A DNA stretch of 64,000 bases from Oscillospiraceae bacterium. Lineage in GTDB: Bacteria > Bacillota > Clostridia > Oscillospirales > Ruminococcaceae. Location of the stretch: NCBI GenBank assembly GCA_045544635.1, contig JAZPZJ010000093.1:2632-66631 (forward strand). The letters run 5' to 3'. Shown here in pieces: positions 46,901 to 54,866 of the stretch (positions are counted from its first letter, which is position 1; every line of letters starts with the position of its first letter). A program made the translations under genes and the position numbers. The notes under the pieces were generated by a model that had not been told where the DNA came from, did no database searches, and saw only the letters and a program-made list of their open reading frames with translations.

Positions 46901-49727
46901 CAGAAAGCGCCTTCTCAAGGAATTGGCACTGCATGCCAAAACGCCTGCTGCAGTCACGGCAGAAAACTATCTTTCCATTTGTGATACACTTGAGCGGTAT
47001 GCATTGCGCAAGCAGACCATCAGCACTGCGGATGGGGCATTGACGGATGTATTCGGCAGCAGCTGGAACGGTGTGGATACCGATTTTGCAGCACTTTCCG
47101 GGTGCTATGGAAATTCTGTGCGGCTCTGCGATCTGGCACAGAAACTGCCGCAGTCGGCAGAGATCTGTAAAGCACTCCGTTCTATGGCGGATGATTCTGC
47201 ACTGCGAGAGGAAATTGCCCAGCGCTGCGCAGGCGCTTCGGAACTGACTGCCCTGCTGCAGCAGCTGCAAACAGAATATGCTGTGGATACGGCACGGCTG
47301 CTCGGAGATGCGGACTGGTTTGCGCTGCTTTGTGAGACAGCGGAGGGCTGGTGCCGTGATATTGCACTACTGCGTGAACGTACCGTTCTGCAGAATGCGA
47401 TGGATACGCTCAAGGAGCTTGGGCTTTCGAAGCTTCTGGATGCTTACAGGAACGGCACGCTGTATGAGGAGGATCTGGTGCCTGCACTGGAATGTGAGAC
47501 ATGTCGTGCGGTGATCGCTGATGTCTTCCGCAGGCATCCGTCCCTGACTTCGTTCCAGGAAGCGCAGTTCGAAGCACAGGTGGACAAATATCGTGAGACA
47601 ACGGAACAGTTTGCACGCCTGACAATTCAGGAGCTTGTGGCAAGACTTTCTGCGAAGGTACCCGTAGTCGGTACGGGCGGTGCGGCTTCTTCAGAGATCG
47701 CCATTCTGCAGAGAGCCATCCGCAGCGGCGGCAGAATGCTGCCGATCCGCAAACTCTTTGACAGCATCCCCAATCTGCTGCGCCGCATGTGTCCGTGCAT
47801 GCTTATGAGTCCGATCTCCGTGGCGCAGTACATTGATCCGGCATTTCCGAAATTTGATCTTGTCATCTTCGACGAGGCGTCCCAGCTTCCGACCAGTGAA
47901 GCAGTCGGTGCCATCGCAAGGGGCGAGAATGTGATCGTTGTGGGTGATCCCCGTCAGCTTCCGCCGACCAGCTTCTTTACTTCCAATCAGGTCGATGAGG
48001 AAAATTATGAGAAGGAAGATCTGGAGAGTGTGCTGGATGATTGCCTGGCACTGTCCATGCCGCAGAAACATCTGCTCTGGCATTACCGCTCCCGTCATGA
48101 GAGCCTGATCGCCTTCAGCAACGCCCGGTTCTATGAGAATAAGCTCCTGACCTTCCCGTCCCCTGCGGATCAGGTATCCGAGGTGAAGTGGGTGCATGTG
48201 GACGGCTATTACGATAAGGGCAAGACCAAACAGAATCCTGCAGAGGCAAATGCCGTAGTTGCAGAGATCGTTCGCCGTCTGAGGGATGAGAAGCTCCGTC
48301 AAGAGAGCATCGGCGTGGTGACATTCAGCGTGGTGCAGCAGAATCTGATCGATGATCTGCTCGCGGAGGAATACATCAGGGATCCGGAGCTGGAGGAGAT
48401 CGCCAATGCCATGTACGAGCCGATATTTGTCAAGAACCTCGAAAATGTACAGGGCGATGAGCGTGATGTGATCCTGTTCAGCGTGGGTTATGGCCCCGAC
48501 AAGAACGGTAAGGTTTCCATGAATTTCGGACCGCTCAACCGTGACGGCGGCTGGCGCAGACTGAATGTTGCCGTGTCCCGTGCACGCAAGGGCATGATGG
48601 TATTTTCCGTCATCCGTCCCGAACAGATCGACCTGTCACGCACCCGTTCCGACGGTGTGGCACAGCTGCGTGCGTTCCTGGAATTTGCCGCAAGGGGAAA
48701 ATCCGCATTGGCGGTCAATGCGGCAAACGGTACGGTGCAGTCCGATGTCTTTGCCGAAGCACTGGCGCAGGAGCTGCACAAATGCGGGTTCGATGTCAAA
48801 TGCGGCATCGGCTGCTCCGGCTACAAAATTGACGCTGCGATCGTCAATCCCGACGCACCGCAGGAATACCTGCTCGGTCTGCTCTGCGACAGCGGCAGCA
48901 TGAAGGATACGACAACAGCGAGGGACAGAAACATCCTGCAGCCTTCCGTGCTGCGTGGACTTGGCTGGAATCTTTACCATGTGCATATTCTGGAATGGCT
49001 TGACAACAAGGAACGTCTGATCGGGCATATTAAGGATGCAGCAGAGCAGGCGCTTGCGGATTACCGCAGGGCGCCCGAGGAGCGCAAGCCTGCAGAGTCC
49101 GTGCAGAAGCCTCAGGATTACAGCAGTTTTTCCTTCGAGAAAGAGGAAGTACCTTCCGTGACAGAATGCTGTGAGCCCTATGTACCCTGCCATTTGCCGC
49201 AGATGGGCGAACCGGAGGAATTCCAGGCGGAAGCCGCAATGCCGATGATCGTCAGCTGCATCAAGAAGATCGTACTGCGGGAGGCCCCTGTGAGCCGTCA
49301 TCTTGTGCTGAAGAAGGTCATTGCGGTGTGGGGTATCACCCGAAGCGGCAGCCGTACCGAGCGCATTTTTGATGAAGCGGTCGCTAAGGCTGGTGTGAAG
49401 ATCACCGAATCGAACGGTGCGCAGTTCTTCTGGCGTGATGATCAGGAACCGGCGGCATATGAAAGCTGCCGTATTCCGGCTGCGGACGGTGAAAAACGCA
49501 GTATGGAGGAGATCTGTGCCGAAGAGATTGCAGCGGGCGTCATGTGCGTTCTGCGCAGCCAGATCAGTGCGGCGAGAGCCGATCTGATCCGTGAGACTGC
49601 AAAACTGTTCGGTTATACCCGAAGCGGCGGCGTGATCGAGCAGGCAGTGAACGCAGGCATTGCGTGTGCAGCGCAGCGTAGTCTGCTGACCGTGGAAGCG
49701 GACGACAGGATCGTGCTGAAATCGTAA
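43932..49727 (+). CDS. giant multidomain protein: transglutaminase-like N-domain + DUF4011-like + SF1 (Upf1/DNA2-like) helicase + degenerate PD-(D/E)xK nuclease-like module + DUF3320-like tail
   Basis: Continuous ORF of 1,931 aa from ATG 43932. GTCLDLAVLYAAC / KGHAF / ECTD; WERKLLDLSLRNSLLNF and NTLYLALGFLRWYE. Walker A GPPGTGKSQT (45987-46016), Walker B VIFDEASQ (47862-47885), VVGDPRQLPPT, GDERDVILFS, LNVAVSRARKG. GYKIDAAIV...GLLCDSGS...ARDRNILQPSVLRGLGWNLYHVHILEW. Confidence 0.85.
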   Translation: MEPKIQAEVQLTPSISFAMQQNYVPVIRSLRLTNLTDLPLSQLTVKLTAEPEFAHPFEAKLEQLLPDMPLEIAPVKIAVSPEYLYSLTEKVAALLHLEVLCGAECVCREEYAVELLAADQWQGILRLPEMTAAFVTPNHPKVTELVGKAAQYLQKWTGDPSFTGYQSRNPNIVKKQAAAIYAALQAENIAYTMPPASYETAGQRIRLPHAVLEQKCGTCLDLAVLYAACLEAVHLRPLIVFIKGHAFAGCWLEEETFPECVEDDVTALTKRIAAGIDSLCLVECTDVTAGKTCDFDRTEQHAAAHLEDPSQFDLALDILRCRCSGIRPMPTRVASDGIFEAADFGERSSREITAAPRELDLQLHGAEAEAQVITRQGIWERKLLDLSLRNSLLNFRPSSSNVQFMTADMAKIEDDMAKGTDFGILPVPQDITLTLGSSKMYEIENDRDLITTIAEAEFRNKRLRTFLSAAELEKSLKKLHRQAKVSLEENGANTLYLALGFLRWYETDQSERPRYAPLVLVPVDLIRKVQNRSYTLRIRGEETQMNITLLEMLRQFFGIRISGLQPLPMDESGIDLPLVYNTVRKAVMSRKGWDIVEYAFLGQFSFSQFIMWNDIRNRSEELQRNKVVSSLIEGKLTWTPQQIEATAAELDSRIAPADMAVPTSADSSQLAAIYAASKGESFVLHGPPGTGKSQTITNMIANALYQGKSVLFVAEKMAALSVVQKRLAAIGLDPFCLELHSNKSQKKAVLGQLARTLEVGHIKSPEEYEKTAESLKVQREALNAVMEQLHGMQPIGMSMYDAIVRYDTNLKYKGTIGFDADFAAACTPDAYAAYLDAAAKTATAGKECGGYLASSLRDYCRTDYSMEIRDAFEQHAHHLKKLAETERAQWQTLCSQLHLSPEMRYEDYAALTELLYSVRHGDYLGGMFCEGARQKDAQLSQLLRDGTQYAGLHEKLSSEYENSVFSVDAAAAKLDWKRNEQKWFLPKFFGRKRLLKELALHAKTPAAVTAENYLSICDTLERYALRKQTISTADGALTDVFGSSWNGVDTDFAALSGCYGNSVRLCDLAQKLPQSAEICKALRSMADDSALREEIAQRCAGASELTALLQQLQTEYAVDTARLLGDADWFALLCETAEGWCRDIALLRERTVLQNAMDTLKELGLSKLLDAYRNGTLYEEDLVPALECETCRAVIADVFRRHPSLTSFQEAQFEAQVDKYRETTEQFARLTIQELVARLSAKVPVVGTGGAASSEIAILQRAIRSGGRMLPIRKLFDSIPNLLRRMCPCMLMSPISVAQYIDPAFPKFDLVIFDEASQLPTSEAVGAIARGENVIVVGDPRQLPPTSFFTSNQVDEENYEKEDLESVLDDCLALSMPQKHLLWHYRSRHESLIAFSNARFYENKLLTFPSPADQVSEVKWVHVDGYYDKGKTKQNPAEANAVVAEIVRRLRDEKLRQESIGVVTFSVVQQNLIDDLLAEEYIRDPELEEIANAMYEPIFVKNLENVQGDERDVILFSVGYGPDKNGKVSMNFGPLNRDGGWRRLNVAVSRARKGMMVFSVIRPEQIDLSRTRSDGVAQLRAFLEFAARGKSALAVNAANGTVQSDVFAEALAQELHKCGFDVKCGIGCSGYKIDAAIVNPDAPQEYLLGLLCDSGSMKDTTTARDRNILQPSVLRGLGWNLYHVHILEWLDNKERLIGHIKDAAEQALADYRRAPEERKPAESVQKPQDYSSFSFEKEEVPSVTECCEPYVPCHLPQMGEPEEFQAEAAMPMIVSCIKKIVLREAPVSRHLVLKKVIAVWGITRSGSRTERIFDEAVAKAGVKITESNGAQFFWRDDQEPAAYESCRIPAADGEKRSMEEICAEEIAAGVMCVLRSQISAARADLIRETAKLFGYTRSGGVIEQAVNAGIACAAQRSLLTVEADDRIVLKS

Positions 49728-49730
49728 AAA

Positions 49731-49760
49731 AGCAGCCCCCATAAAAATATGGGGGCTGCT
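49731..49760. terminator. bidirectional terminator between the helicase gene and the SBP gene
   Basis: AGCAGCCCCC-(10 nt)-GGGGGCTGCT, flanked by A-run and T-run. Confidence 0.7.
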
Positions 49761-49765
49761 TTCTG

Positions 49766-51418
49766 TTAATCACTGAAATGTTTCGCATGCCGGAAATCCG
49801 CCACGCCTGCAAATGCGTCAAACGCAATGTCCTCATTGCCCGCTGTACAGACCAGGTAGGAGTTCTTGTAGAACAGCGGAATGAAGGTGTTTGTCTCCAG
49901 AATTGCCTGCTCTGCCGCGCCATAGAGCGGCACAGCGTCTGCAAGGCGGCTTGTGCTGGCAAGCTGTGCCATGATGCCGGTGAAGCCGGCGCTTTCAAAG
50001 CCCAGCAGCTTTTTCTGTTCCACAAACTGCCGCAGTACCTCATAGCAGCTGCTGCGGTCAGCATGGATGCCGTAGAGCGCAATGGTATAATCGCCCGATG
50101 CAAGGCGGCTTTCGTATTCGGTCGGCGTAACGGTCTCGATGCCGATATACTGTCCGAACAGTGTCTGCCATTCCTGACAGATGGTCAGCAGTGCGTCGGT
50201 GTCCGTGATCTCATTCGATACCATGATGCGGATACTGTTGAGTGAATTCATCTGCAGATCATCCATGACCTGCCCGAACAATGCCGCTGACTGCTCCGGA
50301 TCATAGGGAAGTGCAAGCGGCTCGTCCGCATATTGTTCACGGTACGGACTGCCCAGCAGGTTGACCGCCGGAGGAATGATGCCATAGGCAGGCTCCAGAT
50401 CCGTACTGACCACCGGTGCATAAGCAGCACGGTTGATGCCGTAAGCAAGCGCCAGACGGAAATTCTTCTGCTGCAGCACCGCATTTTCCGAATTCGGATT
50501 GAAGATCAGCCCGAGCGTGATGGCACGTTCGCTTTTCAGCGTGTAATCATCAGAATCCGCATATTCTGCATGATAGCTGTTCGTCAGGAGAATATCAGCA
50601 TTTCCTTCCGCAAACGCCTTATCCGCTGCCGTGCGGGATTTCATGATGGTGTAGGTCAGACCGCTCGGGGCGGTGCTTTCCGCATCGTGATAGGTCGGAT
50701 TCGGGCGGAATGAAAGGAAATTTTCATCGCTGTAAGCGTCGTAATTCCATTTTGACAGGTAGAACGGACCGTTGCACATCACCGTGTCCATATCCAGTCC
50801 GTATCTGCCGTTCGTCGAACGGAAAAAGGCTTCGTTGCAGGGGACGGTGCAGGGCTGCGTCAGGAGACTGAGAAATTCAGCATTTGTGTATTCCAGCTCG
50901 AACATGACGGTTTCCGCATCCGGTGCGGAAATACCCAGCGACTCCGTGCCCATGCTGCCCGCCATAATGGCGGCGGCATTTTTCAGACAAGCGAAATCCG
51001 TTGCATGCGGTGACTGCGTGACGGGATCGAGCAGGCGGCGGAACGCATAGACATAATCCTGTGCCGTCACGGGGATGGCGTCCTCTTCGTCCATACTGCT
51101 GTGATACCAAAAGCTGTTCTCCCGCAGATTGAACATATAATAAAGCCCGTCGTCGGATACGGTAAAGCTTTCAGCGCCGGCTTCCACAGGAACGCCGTTT
51201 TCATCCAGACGCAGCAGACCTTCCATGATGTTGGCAATCACGATGTTGGCGTTTTCGCTGCGGGTGTACTGCGGATCCAGACAATCCGGATTTTCAGCAA
51301 GTACGGTGGTGAACTGAAAGCCGATGCCGGTCTCCTCTTCCTCTGAGCAGGCAGTGCATGCAAGCAGCATACCCGCCAGAAACAGGGAGGAGACGGAACG
51401 GAAAATTCTTTTGAACAT
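49766..51418 (-). CDS. ABC transporter substrate-binding lipoprotein (family 5, peptide/oligosaccharide type), orphan
   Basis: 550 aa with lipobox LLACTAC and SBP_bac_5-like length and pattern. No permease or ATPase genes are adjacent. Confidence 0.78.
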   Translation of the reverse strand: MFKRIFRSVSSLFLAGMLLACTACSEEEETGIGFQFTTVLAENPDCLDPQYTRSENANIVIANIMEGLLRLDENGVPVEAGAESFTVSDDGLYYMFNLRENSFWYHSSMDEEDAIPVTAQDYVYAFRRLLDPVTQSPHATDFACLKNAAAIMAGSMGTESLGISAPDAETVMFELEYTNAEFLSLLTQPCTVPCNEAFFRSTNGRYGLDMDTVMCNGPFYLSKWNYDAYSDENFLSFRPNPTYHDAESTAPSGLTYTIMKSRTAADKAFAEGNADILLTNSYHAEYADSDDYTLKSERAITLGLIFNPNSENAVLQQKNFRLALAYGINRAAYAPVVSTDLEPAYGIIPPAVNLLGSPYREQYADEPLALPYDPEQSAALFGQVMDDLQMNSLNSIRIMVSNEITDTDALLTICQEWQTLFGQYIGIETVTPTEYESRLASGDYTIALYGIHADRSSCYEVLRQFVEQKKLLGFESAGFTGIMAQLASTSRLADAVPLYGAAEQAILETNTFIPLFYKNSYLVCTAGNEDIAFDAFAGVADFRHAKHFSD

Positions 51419-51534
51419 GATGGCTCCTTTGGTTGTGTTTCTATTTTCACTTTCTATTTAATATTATACCATTCATCCGTTGCGATGGCAACTATTTTTG
51501 CAAAGGAAATTTTATATATTTTCGTAATTAACTA

Positions 51535-51563
51535 TTGACAAAATGTGAATTGTGCGGTATAAT
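51535..51563 (+). promoter_or_regulatory. consensus sigma-A promoter TTGACA-17-TATAAT for pilin gene 1
   Basis: Hexamers at 51535-51540 and 51558-51563. Confidence 0.6.
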
Positions 51564-51631
51564 GAAAATATATAATTGCAGCATCCGGGGGATGCTTCCG
51601 AAAATACAACGGGAAATGCTGAGGGGATATT

Positions 51632-52105
51632 ATGAGAAAAAATTATATTAAGGGTTTTACACTCGTGGAACTCATCGTGGTAATTGCGATTATCGGTGTG
51701 TTGGCAGCAATTCTGGTGCCGACTATGTTCGGTTATGTCAGCAAAGCAAAATTCACAAATGCGAATGCTGCGGCGAAAAGCCTTTATAGTGCTGCGATGA
51801 CGACGCTGCGTGAACTAGATGAAGAAGTGATTGTAGAAGATGGTATTTATTCCTCCGATGCGTCGGAAACGAATGAAAAAAAGTTCGAGGAAGGATTGTA
51901 CCGTTATTGTGAGGAAGCACGGGGTGCGTCCTGGGCAGTTCAGATTCAAGACGATGTTGTGGTAGCGACCTGCTATCAGGAAAAGAAAGATGATCCGTAT
52001 CTTGGAACTTATCCGCAGCAGAACAATGAGAAAAAAGCGTCTTCTGAATTTGCGGATTTTCTCAGCTATGCTTTAAGCGGATCTTGGGATGGTGAAAACA
52101 GCTAA
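51632..52105 (+). CDS. type IV pilin (candidate major pilin)
   Basis: MRKNYIKG|FTLVELIVVIAIIGVLAAILVP prepilin motif; 157 aa. Confidence 0.85.
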   Translation: MRKNYIKGFTLVELIVVIAIIGVLAAILVPTMFGYVSKAKFTNANAAAKSLYSAAMTTLRELDEEVIVEDGIYSSDASETNEKKFEEGLYRYCEEARGASWAVQIQDDVVVATCYQEKKDDPYLGTYPQQNNEKKASSEFADFLSYALSGSWDGENS

Positions 52106-52158
52106 AAAACGGCTTCGAATTTTGTGAATCCTGCGCCGTGCAAAATTCATGAAATCGG

Positions 52159-52187
52159 TTGACTTTTTTATGCTGAAATGGTATACT
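52159..52187 (+). promoter_or_regulatory. sigma-A promoter TTGACT-17-TATACT for pilin gene 2
   Basis: Hexamers at 52159-52164 and 52182-52187. Confidence 0.5.
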
Positions 52188-52238
52188 TTTAATAAGTGGC
52201 AAGATTTTTCGATCTGATTGACAGAGAGGTGTTTGAAT

Positions 52239-52916
52239 ATGCGTAATCGTAAACGTGTAAGCGGTTTTACCATTGTGGAACTGATTGTAGTAATTGCAAT
52301 CATCGGTGCGCTGGCAGGTGTGCTTGCGCCGAATATGATTTCTTATTACCGCAATTCCAGAGTCCGTGATGTGAATTCCAAGGCAAAGCTGATCTATAAC
52401 GCAGCACAGACAGAGGTACAGAAGTTCATCAGCATTGACCGTGCGGCAGATGCAGAGGGCATTTTCGGCGGTCTGATCGTGCTTTCCTACAGAGGGGATA
52501 CCGGAGCGATCAGTATGACCAGTGCTGGAATTGAATCCGGTCTGATCTCTGTTGCAGGTACAGAGAACGAAGCTGCCTGCCAGCAGGTAGTGGAGTCCAT
52601 GAACAGAGTCATCTCCGATGGTGCGGATCTCAACTGGACGATCTGCATTGAGGATTACATTGTAAAGGGCTGTATGTGTACCGATCAGTACACCAGCCGC
52701 TATGTTGGTACTTATTCTGCACGCATGGGTGATGGCACTAAGTCCCCGGCAACCGAAATGGCAGACGAGAGCTATGAATCCCTGATCAGCAGCGGCTCCA
52801 AGCTGCAGGCAGCAGGTTCCATTATGGAATTCTCTGAGCAGTTCTATGGTGTGGATGGCTACGGCGATCCGGCTGAAGAGGGTGAAGGCGGCGAAGGAGA
52901 AGAAGGCGCAGAGTAA
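52239..52916 (+). CDS. type IV pilin with acidic Gly/Glu C-terminal tail
   Basis: ATG 52239 after GAGAGG. MRNRKRVSG|FTIVELIVVIAIIGALAGVLAP. The C-terminus is ...DPAEEGEGGEGEEGAE. Confidence 0.85.
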   Translation: MRNRKRVSGFTIVELIVVIAIIGALAGVLAPNMISYYRNSRVRDVNSKAKLIYNAAQTEVQKFISIDRAADAEGIFGGLIVLSYRGDTGAISMTSAGIESGLISVAGTENEAACQQVVESMNRVISDGADLNWTICIEDYIVKGCMCTDQYTSRYVGTYSARMGDGTKSPATEMADESYESLISSGSKLQAAGSIMEFSEQFYGVDGYGDPAEEGEGGEGEEGAE

Positions 52917-52994
52917 CCCTGATCCCGAATGACAAACGTAATGAAAAAAGTCGGTAATTTACCGGCTTTTTTCTGTGTATGATGGAGGAAGCAT

Positions 52995-54167
52995 ATGAAA
53001 CGAATTCTGGCTGCCGCATGTGCGGCGTCCATGCTGCTGACGGGGTGCGGCAGCAATGACACATCGTCCGGGCCGACAGAAACAACCTGCGCACGGACGG
53101 AAACCACCACAACATCAACGACAGCGGCAACAACTACAACGACGACCACCACCACCACCACTACTACCACGACGACCACAACAACAACCGAAACGACGAT
53201 CATTGTTCCCGTTCCGGAGGTGCCGCAGACGGATCACGCACTGCAGACGGAGACGGTCACCGGCAGTGTGACAATGCATGGCGGCGTGATGGTCGTGGAC
53301 AGTGGAACGCCGCAGGCACGGGCACTCGAGATCTTTTCGGGCAGTTATAAAACCGGTTCCCGCTATGCACAGGCACTCAATCGCTATAAGGCGGCACTGG
53401 GCGAGGGGGTCAATGTGTACTGTATGGTGGTGCCCACTTCGGCGGCATTTTACATGCCGGCGGAAGCGGCGGCGCAGTACGGCAACCAGCTTGACCATTA
53501 CAACAACATTGCGGGACAGCTTGATGGTGTGATCGGGGTGCCGGTCTATTCAGCGATCGCAGCGCACACAGAGGAGTATCTCTATTCCCGCACCGATTAC
53601 CACTGGCAGCCGCTTGCGGCGTACTATGCCGGAGAGCAGTTTGCTGCCAGTGCAGGTGTGCCGTACGCACCGCTGGAAACCTATACTCCCGTTGTCCGGG
53701 AGGGTTATGTGGGGGCGTTCTATGCGGTCAATAAGGTCAATGAACTGCAGAATGCGCCGGATACCTTTACTTATTATAAACCGCAGAATCTCGATCGCAT
53801 TACCTGCACCTATTATAACACGGCGTTTGCAAATCCGAGGGAAAGCTCGCTGTTCTTTGAAAATAACAGCATCGGGGCAAGCTATACCGTTTTTGTCGGA
53901 CGGGATGACTGCATCCTGCGTGTGGATACCGATGCGGACAATGAGCGTGTGCTGGTCATTTTTAAAGACAGCTACGGCAATGCGCTGGTGCCGTTCCTGA
54001 CGGAATCTTTTTCCACAATTTATCTGTGCGATTTCCGCTATTTCGACCGCAACGCTATCTCGTTTATGCAGGAAGTCGGTGCAACTGACCTCCTCTTCGC
54101 CATGTCCACGGTGGCATGCACGACCTCGGGCAAGGTGGATAAGGTGGAGAATAATCTCACAAAATAG
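52995..54167 (+). CDS. DHHW-family (AlgX/DltD-like SGNH-fold) lipoprotein with poly-Thr linker
   Basis: Lipobox LLTGCGS. 20 consecutive Thr codons at 53130-53189. SRTDYHWQP sits at the DHHW motif position. Confidence 0.65.
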   Translation: MKRILAAACAASMLLTGCGSNDTSSGPTETTCARTETTTTSTTAATTTTTTTTTTTTTTTTTTTTETTIIVPVPEVPQTDHALQTETVTGSVTMHGGVMVVDSGTPQARALEIFSGSYKTGSRYAQALNRYKAALGEGVNVYCMVVPTSAAFYMPAEAAAQYGNQLDHYNNIAGQLDGVIGVPVYSAIAAHTEEYLYSRTDYHWQPLAAYYAGEQFAASAGVPYAPLETYTPVVREGYVGAFYAVNKVNELQNAPDTFTYYKPQNLDRITCTYYNTAFANPRESSLFFENNSIGASYTVFVGRDDCILRVDTDADNERVLVIFKDSYGNALVPFLTESFSTIYLCDFRYFDRNAISFMQEVGATDLLFAMSTVACTTSGKVDKVENNLTK

Positions 54168-54454
54168 CGAAAAAACTGAATTCTGAAAAACGGATCGCCA
54201 AATCATGGTAACTACAAATTGTAAACACTTGTCGGGAAATTTTCAACATCGTCGGAAATTGACGTGGGCAAGCCTGTTTTCCACCGTTTCAACAGATCTT
54301 TCAACAAATGAGTGCTGAAAAAAGCGTGGAGTTCACATTCTTTTCCACACGTATGTTGAAAACAGGGTGGAAAAATTTGAATACAGCTTGTATATTGTTG
54401 AAAAAGTCCGGCAATCCTAAGGTGGAAGACAAAGATGAAAGGCGGTTTTCCACA

Positions 54455-54709
54455 ATGATCAAAGGCGTCAGCAGAAATATCATCGAGATCAATCATCCCG
54501 ACAGTGCTTATTTTGAACGGGCAGTGCTCTACCTCAAACCCGGCTTGACCGACGTCCCCCTCCATGCAGCGCAGAGTGAAACGGATTCCTATTTTGCACA
54601 GGAGCTGCCGCTGCGTGCCCGTGGCAGAATGTGGAGCTGGCGGCAGTTTTTGCTTGGAATGGCAACGTCCGGGTGCGTCTGTGCACTTCTTGTATGGCTG
54701 CTTGGGTAA
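54455..54709 (+). CDS. small C-terminally membrane-anchored hypothetical protein
   Basis: MIKGVSRNIIEINHPDSAYFERAVLYLKP... with C-terminal TM FLLGMATSGCVCALLVWLL. The start choice is uncertain and the RBS is weak. Confidence 0.35.
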   Translation: MIKGVSRNIIEINHPDSAYFERAVLYLKPGLTDVPLHAAQSETDSYFAQELPLRARGRMWSWRQFLLGMATSGCVCALLVWLLG

Positions 54710-54866
54710 AATTTTGCGCAAATCCAAAAATTAATGTGAAAAAATTCAGGAAGTGTGTGAAAAGGACTTGTAATTTTTCTGTAACCATGGTATAATATTT
54801 ACGGAAAAGTTGACGCAGAGGATAGTTGCGCAAAAATACACCATACCAAGTGAAGAAGGGTGAAAT

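Noticed and set aside
53130-53189. Considered the poly-Thr tract as a slipped-strand phase-variation switch.
   Set aside because: The codons are a mixture of ACC/ACT/ACG/ACA rather than a homogeneous repeat, so slippage potential is limited. Any change would stay in frame and alter length, not switch expression.
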